From a virus (Duplodnaviria; Caudoviricetes): a stretch of 64,000 nt of DNA. Shown here one piece after another: positions 38,608 to 48,813 of the stretch. The position numbers were made by a program, and so were the translations under genes. The first letter of the stretch is position 1, and every line of letters starts with the position of its first letter. Location: the IMG/VR virus record IMGVR_UViG_3300029305_003192, one strand, 5' to 3'. The notes below the pieces were generated by a model that was not told where the DNA came from, ran no database searches, and saw nothing but the letters and a program-made list of their open reading frames with translations.

Positions 38608-39909
38608 ATGACTAGACGAGAATTTGCAGAAAGTATTCGTATTGGCCACAATCTTGGCAATGCACTTGAATGCATTGAGCCTGTGTGTAATAACGGGCTT
38701 GCCGTTACTGTTGATAGAGAAGTGACCGATATTAACGGATACCATGACCACAGAATCATCATTAAATATCCTGATGGCTCATATAGCTATTACTACAGCT
38801 TCGAAGAAATTTGGTCGAATGTACCAATTACTCAGGAATGGTTTAATATCTTAAAATCTATCGGCGTGCAGGCTATTCGTGTTCCTATGAATCTTTCGGG
38901 GCATCTTATAGATGGCATTAATCATACTATTGACCCCCTCTGGCTTAAAAGAATCCGTGAAGTAATCAACATGTGTATCTCTGCAGGATTAAAATGCGTC
39001 CTGACACTTCATACTGATTTCGTCATTATGTACAGAGTGGGAAGTTATCGTTCACTCATTGATACTACAAGAGACCCGTCCACGGATGGTGTTGGTAGAC
39101 TGATGAGTGCATGGAAGCAGATGGCTGAATATGTCAATGATATATCAGTAGAGGACCTGGCATTTGAACTTACTAACGAATTCAGATTATATGATATCGA
39201 TGGAAATGAACTTGCCACATATAACGAGGATGCTACTGATGAAGAAAAGGCAACGTATGCTGCCAGACTGAATAAGCATTTATTCGATGCTATCCGTAGC
39301 GTCGGTGGTAATGCTGCTGAAAGATTCTTACTTATTGGCGGATATGGTAATAACCCGGATACATGCCCCGATATTCTCATCAACTCAATCAAAAATGATA
39401 TGGATGATAAGTGTATCATAACAGCGTGTTATTATACACCGTGGGAGTTTACCGTATCAAGCATTAATACTACCTGGGAATATTGTAAGCGTATGAGGGA
39501 TATTATGGATAATCATTTCAATCGTCTGCTTGCAGTAAGTAATGATAACGACATCCCATTGGTAATTACCGAGTTCGGTATTGGTTGTGATGAGGGTGCT
39601 ATGGCTAAGAAGGAGAAGTTCTCGTTCTGCAGTTATATCTTCACAGTAATGAATATGATGAAGGAGCACAATGTTCCTGCATTTATTTGGGATCCTGGAT
39701 ATATTCTCAGAAGGGATAGTATGACCTTCGGATTACCATTCTACCCATCATTGGTTGAGAGTGTTGCTAATGGTACACCTTTCGATCCATACAATGCATA
39801 TCTGGAGACAATTGACAATTATAATATCGAAAGATTAACATATCGTGACGAATTAACCCTCGAGGACATTCAGGCTCTCGATAATCTCCAAAACTCCGAG
39901 GAGGTGTAA
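38608..39909 (+). CDS. Glycoside hydrolase family 5, paralog 2
   Basis: GHNLGNALE, AIRVP, FELTNE, ITEFG, WD; start aligned to the paralogs. Confidence 0.85.
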   Translation: MTRREFAESIRIGHNLGNALECIEPVCNNGLAVTVDREVTDINGYHDHRIIIKYPDGSYSYYYSFEEIWSNVPITQEWFNILKSIGVQAIRVPMNLSGHLIDGINHTIDPLWLKRIREVINMCISAGLKCVLTLHTDFVIMYRVGSYRSLIDTTRDPSTDGVGRLMSAWKQMAEYVNDISVEDLAFELTNEFRLYDIDGNELATYNEDATDEEKATYAARLNKHLFDAIRSVGGNAAERFLLIGGYGNNPDTCPDILINSIKNDMDDKCIITACYYTPWEFTVSSINTTWEYCKRMRDIMDNHFNRLLAVSNDNDIPLVITEFGIGCDEGAMAKKEKFSFCSYIFTVMNMMKEHNVPAFIWDPGYILRRDSMTFGLPFYPSLVESVANGTPFDPYNAYLETIDNYNIERLTYRDELTLEDIQALDNLQNSEEV

Positions 39910-39912
39910 TGT

Positions 39913-41193
39913 ATGACCAGGGAACAATTCGCAGAGAGAATCCGCATAGGGCATAACCTTGGTAATGCCCTTGAATGCATCGAACCTGTATATGATTCGG
40001 CCGCTACTATAAAGATCGACAGAGCAGTTACCGACAAGAATGGCTATCATGACCACCGTATAATCATTCAGTATCCGGATGGTACATATAGCTATTTCTA
40101 CAATTTTGACGAGATATGGTCAAATGCACCAGTAACCGAGGATTTCTTTAAAATCCTGGCAGACATCGGGGTTCAGTTAGTGAGAATTCCAATGAATCTA
40201 TCTGGTCACATAATCGATGATAATAACACCGTGGATCCTTTATGGCTTAAGAAGATACGGTCCGTCGTCGAGATGTGTATTAATAACGATATGGTAGCTA
40301 ATCTTTGTCTGCATACAGACTTCGTAAAATATTACAGAGAAACTCAGTTCGAATCGCTATTTGATCTTCAAAATGATCCAAATGATGATGCTGTCGGAGT
40401 TCTTATGTCAGTATGGAAGCAGATGGCTGAATATGTCAATGATATCCCAGTAGACGTATTGTGCTTCGAGCTGACCAATGAATTCCGAATTCATGATATG
40501 GATGATGATTTAAGCCATCCAAATGGTAGAGTATTAACTTTCCAGGAGAAGGCTATGTATGCTGCACGTTTAAATAAGTACCTGTTTGATGCAGTACGCA
40601 GCGTCGGTGGAAATGCGGCTAAAAGATTCTTATTAATTGAAAACTATGCTAACTGTGCTGATATGGATAAGCAGACATATATAGAGAGTTTCAAGAACGA
40701 TTTTGATTCCAGATGTCTTATGACAGCATGTTATTATTGCCCGTGGGAATTCACGGTGTGCGATAGGCACAACACGTGGGAGTTAAATTCTGCAATAAAA
40801 CCTATCATGGAACGAGAAATGAATAGACTCAAATATATCCGTGAGGAATCAGGAGTCCCACTCGTCATTACAGAATATGGCGTCGGTTGCGATAACTCTG
40901 GTATGGAGCATAAAGACAAATTCTCAATATGCAGGTACTTGTATACCGTAATGAAGATGATGAAAAATGAAGGATTTCCTGCATTTATTTGGGATCCTGG
41001 ATATATCATCAAGCGTATCGATTATCATTACGGTATCCCGTTCTGGAGAGAAATGCTGAGGGGTATATACTTCGGAGAACCTTTCGATCTCTACGAATCG
41101 TTTACAGAACACTCCGAGCATTTACTCTTTACACGACATTATTATGGCGTCTCCAGAACTGCTGAAGATATCCGAGCACTCGACGATATATAA
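39913..41193 (+). CDS. Glycoside hydrolase family 5, paralog 3
   Basis: GHNLGNALE, VRIP, FELTNE, ITEYG, WD. Confidence 0.85.
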   Translation: MTREQFAERIRIGHNLGNALECIEPVYDSAATIKIDRAVTDKNGYHDHRIIIQYPDGTYSYFYNFDEIWSNAPVTEDFFKILADIGVQLVRIPMNLSGHIIDDNNTVDPLWLKKIRSVVEMCINNDMVANLCLHTDFVKYYRETQFESLFDLQNDPNDDAVGVLMSVWKQMAEYVNDIPVDVLCFELTNEFRIHDMDDDLSHPNGRVLTFQEKAMYAARLNKYLFDAVRSVGGNAAKRFLLIENYANCADMDKQTYIESFKNDFDSRCLMTACYYCPWEFTVCDRHNTWELNSAIKPIMEREMNRLKYIREESGVPLVITEYGVGCDNSGMEHKDKFSICRYLYTVMKMMKNEGFPAFIWDPGYIIKRIDYHYGIPFWREMLRGIYFGEPFDLYESFTEHSEHLLFTRHYYGVSRTAEDIRALDDI

Positions 41194-41198
41194 AAGAC

Positions 41199-41228
41199 AA
41201 TCCACCAAGGGAATTCCCTTGGTGGATT
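41199..41228. terminator. Perfect 30-nt palindrome/hairpin
   Basis: AATCCACCAAGGGAATTCCCTTGGTGGATT. Confidence 0.7.
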
Positions 41229-41295
41229 TATACTGTCGGTGGAGCTAACTCCGAAACCTATACTTAATATATCATGACAAGAAAGGAGAATAAGT

Positions 41296-42615
41296 ATGTC
41301 AACCGAACGTGACAATTTACCTGTCATACTGAGCAATTTAGCTCATTATGATGCCATGATAAAAGGTTATATCAAAAATCGTCAGGATGAGATGGCTCCA
41401 CTTAAACATACCCATGTTAAAAGTGAGGTCGGATTATCTAATGTAGATAATACTGCCGATAAAAATAAATCAGTTGCATCCGCTACTAAGTGGACAACTC
41501 CAATGACCCTTACAGTTACTGGGGCTATGAACGGCTCAATGAGCTTTGATGGGTCAACCGCATCCACTCTCAAGTTAACAGAAGGGGATGTGTCGTTCAA
41601 GAATAGTCTGACCATGATTACTGGCTCAGCAGATTGGAATCTGATAATAACTCCAGGATGTTATAACGTTAATAACATGGGCGATTATGCTACTTATCAT
41701 ACACCTAAGCAGTATAGTACGAATATTAATGACCAGGGACTATTATTGGTATTTAAAACTGCACTGGCAAATGTATCTGCCAATCAGAATAATCGGGTAG
41801 AGTATTATAAGACAATTCAGATATACTTCCCGATACCAGGTTCCAAGCTTCATACAATCGTTACACGCATGCTTAGTTCCGCAGATGTTAGTACCGGAGA
41901 TTATATTTGGACCGAGTGGAAATCGTTATCTGCAGACATTGCGAATGAAATGTATCCTGGGCTCGTTAAGTCCGGTGGAGACGTAACTATTTCTGAGGAC
42001 GGTCTGATTAGTGTAAATGATGACAGTCACAATCACGTGATAGGTAATATTGATGGTCTTCAAGAATTACTTGACACATTTGAAGCTAACGGTAGTGCAG
42101 ATGGTGCATATGCCAAAGCTGTATCGTATACTGATAGTAAGATCGCAGACCTTATCAACTCGGCACCGGCAACTCTCGATACGCTCAAAGAATTAGCAGA
42201 TGCAATAACCTCCAATCAAGAGGTTATTGACGTTTTAAACTCTGCTATAACTGAGAAACTCCCTCTTGCAGGTGGTACTATGAATACAAATGCCACCATC
42301 ATTTTTCCAAATGGTGCTGGTATGAGTTCATCGATGATTAATAGTTCCAAGCTCCAATTTACTGCCGCATCCGGAGATGGGTGGGCAAGAGGTATTTCTT
42401 ATTACAGTAATGATGGTACTATCGGATTGGGCTCTATCGGCGCATTTGGTACTGGTGACAGTCTCGATTACTTTTATATCGGAAGCAGGTGGGATACTGC
42501 AAAGGTTAAGATATATAATGACGGTAACACCAAAGCAGAGAAATTCACAGTTAAAGATAAAGTTGAGCTGGATTATAACTCCACAACTGACTCTTTAACT
42601 CTAAACTTCCTTTAA
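41296..42615 (+). CDS. Tail fibre protein, paralog of 28968..30893
   Basis: VGLSNVDNTADK, APATLDTLKELA, KLPLAGG and a shared C-terminal domain. Confidence 0.8.
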   Translation: MSTERDNLPVILSNLAHYDAMIKGYIKNRQDEMAPLKHTHVKSEVGLSNVDNTADKNKSVASATKWTTPMTLTVTGAMNGSMSFDGSTASTLKLTEGDVSFKNSLTMITGSADWNLIITPGCYNVNNMGDYATYHTPKQYSTNINDQGLLLVFKTALANVSANQNNRVEYYKTIQIYFPIPGSKLHTIVTRMLSSADVSTGDYIWTEWKSLSADIANEMYPGLVKSGGDVTISEDGLISVNDDSHNHVIGNIDGLQELLDTFEANGSADGAYAKAVSYTDSKIADLINSAPATLDTLKELADAITSNQEVIDVLNSAITEKLPLAGGTMNTNATIIFPNGAGMSSSMINSSKLQFTAASGDGWARGISYYSNDGTIGLGSIGAFGTGDSLDYFYIGSRWDTAKVKIYNDGNTKAEKFTVKDKVELDYNSTTDSLTLNFL

Positions 42616-42642
42616 GATTTATCATTAAAAGAGGTGATAAAT

Positions 42643-43728
42643 ATGATAACTAATGATTTATTAGTAAGGGGTGACCTTCAGGTCAATGGAGAGATTCATG
42701 GTGTTTATGATTCATTCATTGGTATCACTAGAGGTAATCCCATAAACATAGATTCGAATATAGTATATCCTTTTCTGAGCGTTACTATATATGGTAAATC
42801 GGTAATATCTCCTAGCTCCATATTGGTTACTAACACTATAGCTAATGAGGGATGGCATTATACATACTCATCGTCTTCTGGTAGCGGCGGTATTGACCAT
42901 ACAGATGCACCCGGTGGTACCGAATATATTCTGAGGGGGATTCCCGAGTTATCCGGTTCGATATACAAGGACCCTGAGAGAGTGTATGTCGATACATCCA
43001 ACATTGCTATGATATGTGACACTGTTGAGTGGGATGTAGATAATGCCCAGGTTATTACCAGAAGATTAAACCAGGTGAATATCCTAGGGACCGAACAGAT
43101 AGTTCAGGTACCTACTGGTACAACTGGAAAAAGTGCATGGGCCATCAAAATCGGTAAACTTGCAAGATACGCGGATGATAACACGAAGCCAAATATCGCC
43201 GTAAGCAAGTCTGTACCAACGGTATCAGTATCCGATATTAATAATTGCAACGAAGGTTTATCAGTGTGTAATAGTAACTACGGTAGTGTTAAGGCAGGCT
43301 GGCTGATGTTATATAAAGAGGATTATGCTACTATGACATTAGATGAGGTTAAATTGGCATTATCTTCAGATATTATTGTAGTAATATATGAACTGAAAAC
43401 TTATGAGATGAGTAGATCCAATAATGGATTCGTCCTTGGAAACGTAGGTACCGTTAATGGTAACTGTCAATTGAGTCATAACAGTGAGTACGATATAGTG
43501 GTCAAGTATGCCAAGTCAGCGACTCTTGAACAGGCAATTTACTACTCTGAAGTCGGTCAGACTTTAAGAGAGCATATAAAAAATCACCCATCCGGTAGTG
43601 GCTCTGGAGGCGACGGTGGATTGGGTGGAGACGAAGGATCCGGTGGAGATACTGGCTCTGGAGGCAACTTTGTTTATCAGGGGTCTAATATAGATGTATT
43701 AGACCGTATCAGAATAGGAGGTATTTAA
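42643..43728 (+). CDS. Tail-associated protein
   Basis: MITNDLLVRGDLQVNG N-terminus, YxLRGIP..D, YELK pattern, Gly-rich tail. Confidence 0.65.
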   Translation: MITNDLLVRGDLQVNGEIHGVYDSFIGITRGNPINIDSNIVYPFLSVTIYGKSVISPSSILVTNTIANEGWHYTYSSSSGSGGIDHTDAPGGTEYILRGIPELSGSIYKDPERVYVDTSNIAMICDTVEWDVDNAQVITRRLNQVNILGTEQIVQVPTGTTGKSAWAIKIGKLARYADDNTKPNIAVSKSVPTVSVSDINNCNEGLSVCNSNYGSVKAGWLMLYKEDYATMTLDEVKLALSSDIIVVIYELKTYEMSRSNNGFVLGNVGTVNGNCQLSHNSEYDIVVKYAKSATLEQAIYYSEVGQTLREHIKNHPSGSGSGGDGGLGGDEGSGGDTGSGGNFVYQGSNIDVLDRIRIGGI

Positions 43729-43731
43729 AAT

Positions 43732-45558
43732 ATGGTAACTCCAAAGATGCTCGGTCACGTTAGACCGGACTACCTTTTCAATTATTCAAGTAAACCAGGA
43801 CGAGTTTATCCTGGTACAGATGCGAATTTCTTCTGCATACACGATGGGTATGCATATGAGTTTTTTACGGCTGCTAATAAGATTATCGCCATATATAAAG
43901 TAATAACCGATGAAGATGATTATATCATAGATTTCGAATTTGTCAAAATTATATCCATTGGCAATATTAATAAAAGCTATAGATGGGTGGTAATTGATGG
44001 TTATGCAATAGCATTTACGGTTTCAGGTTCATCGACCTCGGCACCAAATAGTAGCAATAATTCATACAGGGTTTCGGCATCCGCGACTTCCAACTTACAA
44101 TTATCGTTATTCAAGCTGAATGGTACCAGTGTAATAGAAAGCTATATTAACCACGGGACAATAGCGAGCGCTAGCTCATCTGCTAACGCTCCAGATGCGA
44201 TTACGGATGCCAGTGATAAACGAATCGACCTCAAGTTTATGATATACGACGATGTAAATGTACGTATAGCCGTGTATGCCTATGCCAAAGCGAGTGGAAC
44301 GTATACATATAATGGTTCTACATCATCATGTAACGGATCGGCATCTAGTACATCGGCAATAGTTCATTTTAATATACGCGATATTATTTCAGCCATTGAG
44401 AGTGGTGGGGACGCATCAGCTTTAGTTGTCAAAGAGTCAGGTACTGGTAATTTGTATATGACCGGATTAAATGATTATGTGATGTATAGCAGGCAGATCC
44501 AGGATGGTACAACTAGTGCAAAAAATGGTTTGTGGAAATATACAATTAATGATGACAATTCATGTACTATCGATACCTCTGCGGTAACAACCGCCCCGAC
44601 TAATATTCCCACTGTATTCACATTAAATGGATACCAGTTTGGTGAATATGACCAAATGTCCGGTAGATATTTATATACCGACAGTAATACCAATGCTGTA
44701 AATCAGGTGCCTTGGTACGTGGTATGGTTAGGTAGAAGTGATAAAAGTTATAGTAATGTGGTCGGTTTTAAAGGCGGACAGGTCGCATTATCAAAAAATA
44801 TTCCTACCATGGATAGCATAGGCGATTATTTCCTCAATTATGATGGTAAAAGATATGCACAGACATTAGCATATGATATAGTCAATAACACCAACCTTAT
44901 TAGCACTATTGCAGAACGTACAATGGATCAGATTTCTACTATCATGTATGCTTCTAAGATAGATACCTCGATTGATAGTATTTGTTATTATATCGAGTAT
45001 AAGAGATTACCATTACTAAAACTTGCCGGTGGACATATCGTCACATATAATGGTAGGTGGTATTGTATTGGTATGCAGCACACCACTAATGGATTCATAT
45101 CCAATTCGGCGATTGCCGGTGATACCGTAAACGACCTATACGGTAAGCTTATTTTTACAACCATCGAGTATGATGAAGATACCGATGAATTCTATAATGT
45201 ATTTAGAAGTCGAAAACCTGCAGTGTCGGCAGATAATAGTATAGTTGAAATCACACGCATGGATTATATACTTAATACCTCCGAGTTCAGCATATCCACA
45301 CCAATTATATACATACTTGATGCCGATGAGGATGATAGAGTAAGCATAGTAACATATAGAGAGGTATTCACTTCGAAAACTGCTTATACTTCAGAAACTT
45401 ATATAAATGCTTACGGTACGATCGATTTCAGTAGTCATCCATTAATTATTAATCCTGGGCATAAACTATATATATGCTACGGTACACCAGATGCTCCTGC
45501 AGTATATCACATATATCCAGAGTTTACAATTTATGGATGTAAATTGACTAATTCATAA
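43732..45558 (+). CDS. Putative tail/receptor-binding beta-rich protein
   Basis: 608 aa Tyr/Ser/Ile-rich, within the tail operon. Confidence 0.5.
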   Translation: MVTPKMLGHVRPDYLFNYSSKPGRVYPGTDANFFCIHDGYAYEFFTAANKIIAIYKVITDEDDYIIDFEFVKIISIGNINKSYRWVVIDGYAIAFTVSGSSTSAPNSSNNSYRVSASATSNLQLSLFKLNGTSVIESYINHGTIASASSSANAPDAITDASDKRIDLKFMIYDDVNVRIAVYAYAKASGTYTYNGSTSSCNGSASSTSAIVHFNIRDIISAIESGGDASALVVKESGTGNLYMTGLNDYVMYSRQIQDGTTSAKNGLWKYTINDDNSCTIDTSAVTTAPTNIPTVFTLNGYQFGEYDQMSGRYLYTDSNTNAVNQVPWYVVWLGRSDKSYSNVVGFKGGQVALSKNIPTMDSIGDYFLNYDGKRYAQTLAYDIVNNTNLISTIAERTMDQISTIMYASKIDTSIDSICYYIEYKRLPLLKLAGGHIVTYNGRWYCIGMQHTTNGFISNSAIAGDTVNDLYGKLIFTTIEYDEDTDEFYNVFRSRKPAVSADNSIVEITRMDYILNTSEFSISTPIIYILDADEDDRVSIVTYREVFTSKTAYTSETYINAYGTIDFSSHPLIINPGHKLYICYGTPDAPAVYHIYPEFTIYGCKLTNS

Positions 45559-45572
45559 ATGGAGGTGATAGT

Positions 45573-46280
45573 ATGTATCTTATCTACGATATCGTATGTG
45601 GTGATTGTTTGAATATCTACGATGGCGATATTCGAACGTTCGATAAGTCGTTTAAAACGGGTACTGCTTACTATAATTCGGAATCGTTCGGATATATCGA
45701 GGTTCCAGAAGACTGTGTTGAGAATATAAATACAAACGGACTCGATAATTACAAGGTTATCGATGGTGAAGTAGTATATGAAAAGCCCGCGGCAGAAATT
45801 ATTCCCGATCCAGAGGAACCACCTACTGAGGAGGATAATGTAGTAGTTGGTGAATCTGCTCTCGAATATATGATTACTATGAAATGTGAAGAGATTAATA
45901 ATACATGCCATGCTGCCATCATTGCAGGTATAGACGTGGAAACATCTTATGGTCTCGAGCATTTCAGCCTCACTAAAGATGATCAGTCTAATATTCAGCA
46001 GTGGTATGCAATTGCTAAGACAACTGATGTCAATCTTCCATATCATGCAGATGATGGTGATTGTAAGCCCTATACAAATACCGACATCATTAAGATTGGT
46101 AGTATGGCCACAGCTCATATTACACATCATACAACTTACTGTAACCAGTTAAAGAAGTATGTAAAGTCACTTACATCTGTAAAGGATGTATTCGATGTCG
46201 AATACGGAGTTACTCAGTTAACGGGCGAGTTCCTCGAGAAGTACGAAACTTGTATGGGACTCCTTGCGGTGCTTAATTAA
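45573..46280 (+). CDS. Tail-associated protein, DUF4376-like
   Basis: HFSLTKDDQSNI...YHADDGDCKPY...HTTYCNQLK. Confidence 0.7.
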   Translation: MYLIYDIVCGDCLNIYDGDIRTFDKSFKTGTAYYNSESFGYIEVPEDCVENINTNGLDNYKVIDGEVVYEKPAAEIIPDPEEPPTEEDNVVVGESALEYMITMKCEEINNTCHAAIIAGIDVETSYGLEHFSLTKDDQSNIQQWYAIAKTTDVNLPYHADDGDCKPYTNTDIIKIGSMATAHITHHTTYCNQLKKYVKSLTSVKDVFDVEYGVTQLTGEFLEKYETCMGLLAVLN

Positions 46281-46281
46281 C

Positions 46282-46324
46282 AAAAAAAAATGAATCGAGT
46301 AGGCTAATGAAACCTACTCGATTC
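46282..46324 (-). terminator. Intrinsic terminator oriented for a minus-strand transcript
   Basis: 12-bp stem GAATCGAGTAGG/CCTACTCGATTC with A9 on the plus strand (U9 after the hairpin on minus). Confidence 0.8.
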
Positions 46325-46745
46325 TTACCCTATATTCCACTCAAAGTGTGCTGGGTTAATAGCCACCAGTGACGAGTATCGGATAGTCCCATAGTCTTTA
46401 TCACTATGGGAGTCCGTACCATTTGTCACCGGCGTTTGACGCTTTGAGCTTCCTACCGGGTGTGATGAATAACAACCTAATGTGTGGTACGTACCACCCT
46501 TTCGGCCAGGTCGTACCAATCAGAGGTAAGTGCCTTCATTGCTGAAGGTTGAACCCTCTGATATGAGGTAGGTTGTTTTCAAGACCGTACCAGTATCTCA
46601 CGACACAAATACGGTCAAGCAAGCATATCCTATTACTGAGATATACTTTGCGTTCACCCTAGTAGGCGTAGCTTTATATATAAACAGTGCAATTCAATGC
46701 ACAGGTATTATAGTAGTTTCATCACGATACTATCTATAACGCACT
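46325..46745 (-). ncRNA. Putative large structured non-coding RNA (~420 nt), family unknown
   Basis: No credible ORF; nested helices, several GNRA-capped hairpins and G-U pairs on the minus strand; promoter-like motif upstream, terminator downstream. Confidence 0.7.
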
Positions 46746-46747
46746 AA

Positions 46748-46764
46748 TATCATATATATTTGAA
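46748..46764 (-). promoter_or_regulatory. Putative promoter of the ncRNA
   Basis: TTCAAATATATATGATA, matches 11669-11686. Confidence 0.45.
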
Positions 46765-46808
46765 CCCTCTGACAATTTTAATAATTATTAAAAAGGAGGA
46801 ATCTTATT

Positions 46809-47183
46809 ATGACACCAGCTCAGAAAATCGCCGCAAATTATAAGGCAAAAAATATGCAGGAACCTGACCCTAACGCGGTTCCAGAGAACAAAACTACATT
46901 ACCGGTTGAGGAGGAAACACCAATGGCAGAAGTAAATACAGCCCCAGTACAGGAAACTGCTCCAGGATCTGCTCAGGAACAGGTAGTGGTGATTCCAGTA
47001 ACAGGAATCTCCGCACTTATCAACGCACTCAATGACACTCAGAAGAACCTTATGGAATTTAAGTTCCATGATGTAACTGCAGGAGAGCTTACCGATTATC
47101 TTGCAAATATTACAAATATTCAGCAGTGCGTACAGTATCTCGGTGAAGTTGTTAAGGCAAACTACGAGAATCTTCATAAGTAA
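46809..47183 (+). CDS. Hypothetical protein
   Basis: 124 aa, AAGGAGG RBS, disordered N-half. Confidence 0.75.
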   Translation: MTPAQKIAANYKAKNMQEPDPNAVPENKTTLPVEEETPMAEVNTAPVQETAPGSAQEQVVVIPVTGISALINALNDTQKNLMEFKFHDVTAGELTDYLANITNIQQCVQYLGEVVKANYENLHK

Positions 47184-47196
47184 TCGGTGATATAAT

Positions 47197-47361
47197 ATGG
47201 CAAGAAAATCATCAGGGAATTTCTTTACCGTTAAAGAAGCTGCAGAATTTCTCGGAGTGTCAACTGTTACAATGTACCGTTATATAAAAGACGGTGGAGT
47301 AGAGGCGGTAAAGCCATTAATGAAACTGACTGGTCTCGATAACGACAATGCTGAGAAATAA
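47197..47361 (+). CDS. Small excisionase/MerR-like helix-turn-helix protein (54 aa)
   Basis: Own translation MARKSSGNFFTVKEAAEFLGVSTVTMYRYIKDG...; HTH_17-type pattern. Confidence 0.75.
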   Translation: MARKSSGNFFTVKEAAEFLGVSTVTMYRYIKDGGVEAVKPLMKLTGLDNDNAEK

Positions 47362-47367
47362 AAGAGT

Positions 47368-47403
47368 AAATAGAGGAAAGCGAATCATCGCTTTCCTCTA
47401 TTT
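47368..47403. terminator. Bidirectional terminator between convergent genes
   Basis: AAATAGAGGAAAGCGA...TCGCTTTCCTCTATTT. Confidence 0.8.
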
Positions 47404-48804
47404 TTATATCTCTTGGAAGTTAGTACATTCAATATGGTCCTTGTATGCCCTGAACCCATTTTCAGATTCGATAATATCTGATTTGACTACACCATTAGCA
47501 CCAAATGCTATCTGGTCAGTATTGGGTTCGATGTTATGAGCATATAGGTTACCCTTATTATCTACACCAATCTTTGCGATATATAAATCATTTAGATCGT
47601 CCATAGACAACCTCATTGCGTATACTCGCATATCATACAACGAAAGTCCGTTGGCAAGATTACCCTCGAGATCTTTGCCAATAATCATATTACCAGTACC
47701 GGTTTCAACATTACTTGTCTCATCGAACTGAGTTCCATATGCTTCATTATCGTCAACGCGGACTTCAACGGAACCTTTATAATACGATACGGAGAAGAAG
47801 TGCCAGCCATCGGTAAGGGTACTAACATCATACGAATGATTACAATAGGAATCTTCGGTTTCGATCACAACTTCTATGGAACCGTTAAGAAATTTTATCT
47901 CTGTCAGGTCATTCTCGAATGATAAAACGGGATATGATTGACCTTGTGTCATACCAGACCAGCTGGCCACCTTAGCCCAGAATGTATAATTACACCCTGG
48001 TGTGTTGAGTTCAATATTTGGTGTAGAGAAATATCCACGACCATCGAACGCGACGCTACCATATGACAGAGGAGAGTTCGATTGCCATACTACAATACCG
48101 TCGATAACTGTATCATGGCCAAATCCACTTAAGTCGGATAATCCATATGATGCATACTCATCAGTATTATATATGAGCGGGTCCGCTCCTCTAGACAAAA
48201 GCTGCCTGAATATAAGGGGTCTTGAAATTATATCTATCTCTTTGGTAGATAAGCAGTGGTCATATATACGAATATCACTATATCTGAAATCAGTTCGTGT
48301 GATTGTAATTGGTATATTTATGGAATAGTCTGTCCACTGTACAGTATAGTTTCCTGTACCTTTTAGTTCCCCATTAACATATACACGAACTATCCGACCA
48401 TCATATGTCAATATAACATGAGTCCAGGTATAAGAGGGTAATGCTCCGGTAATTACACCAGAACATGGGAATGATGTACAATCAGCATTATGGTATGACC
48501 AATGAAGGTCGTTAACCGTGGGATAATTGAAAAGACAATGAATACGTTTAGCATTATTACCAAAGAATATATTAGGTCCTGCAACCGTTCCCTCATCGGC
48601 ATCCACATATACCCACATTGCTACTGAGAATTTAATGCCAAGGATAATATCGTTGGATTGATCAGCGGGAATATATGTTCGGGTAGTTAACGCCTTTCCA
48701 GAGAGTCCTTCTTTGTATGTAGGAACCTCGTCTATACATACATCCCCGGCCATTCCTAAATTCTTAATACTACCGTTACACGGTAACCAATATCGTAAAG
48801 CCAT
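47404..48804 (-). CDS. Double LamG/concanavalin-A-like domain tail protein
   Basis: WTHVILTYDG...SDIRIYDHCL and WHFFSVSY...DMRVY; N-terminus paralogous to 30910. Confidence 0.75.
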   Translation of the reverse strand: MALRYWLPCNGSIKNLGMAGDVCIDEVPTYKEGLSGKALTTRTYIPADQSNDIILGIKFSVAMWVYVDADEGTVAGPNIFFGNNAKRIHCLFNYPTVNDLHWSYHNADCTSFPCSGVITGALPSYTWTHVILTYDGRIVRVYVNGELKGTGNYTVQWTDYSINIPITITRTDFRYSDIRIYDHCLSTKEIDIISRPLIFRQLLSRGADPLIYNTDEYASYGLSDLSGFGHDTVIDGIVVWQSNSPLSYGSVAFDGRGYFSTPNIELNTPGCNYTFWAKVASWSGMTQGQSYPVLSFENDLTEIKFLNGSIEVVIETEDSYCNHSYDVSTLTDGWHFFSVSYYKGSVEVRVDDNEAYGTQFDETSNVETGTGNMIIGKDLEGNLANGLSLYDMRVYAMRLSMDDLNDLYIAKIGVDNKGNLYAHNIEPNTDQIAFGANGVVKSDIIESENGFRAYKDHIECTNFQEI

Positions 48805-48813
48805 AATATATTA

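Noticed and set aside
46325-46519. 64-aa minus-strand ORF
   Set aside because: TTG start without RBS, inside the structured element
46325-46745. tmRNA, RNase P RNA or group I intron identity for the structured element
   Set aside because: No tRNA-like ends/CCA, no GAGGAAAGUCC, no correctly ordered P7 R/S pair, and no interrupted gene
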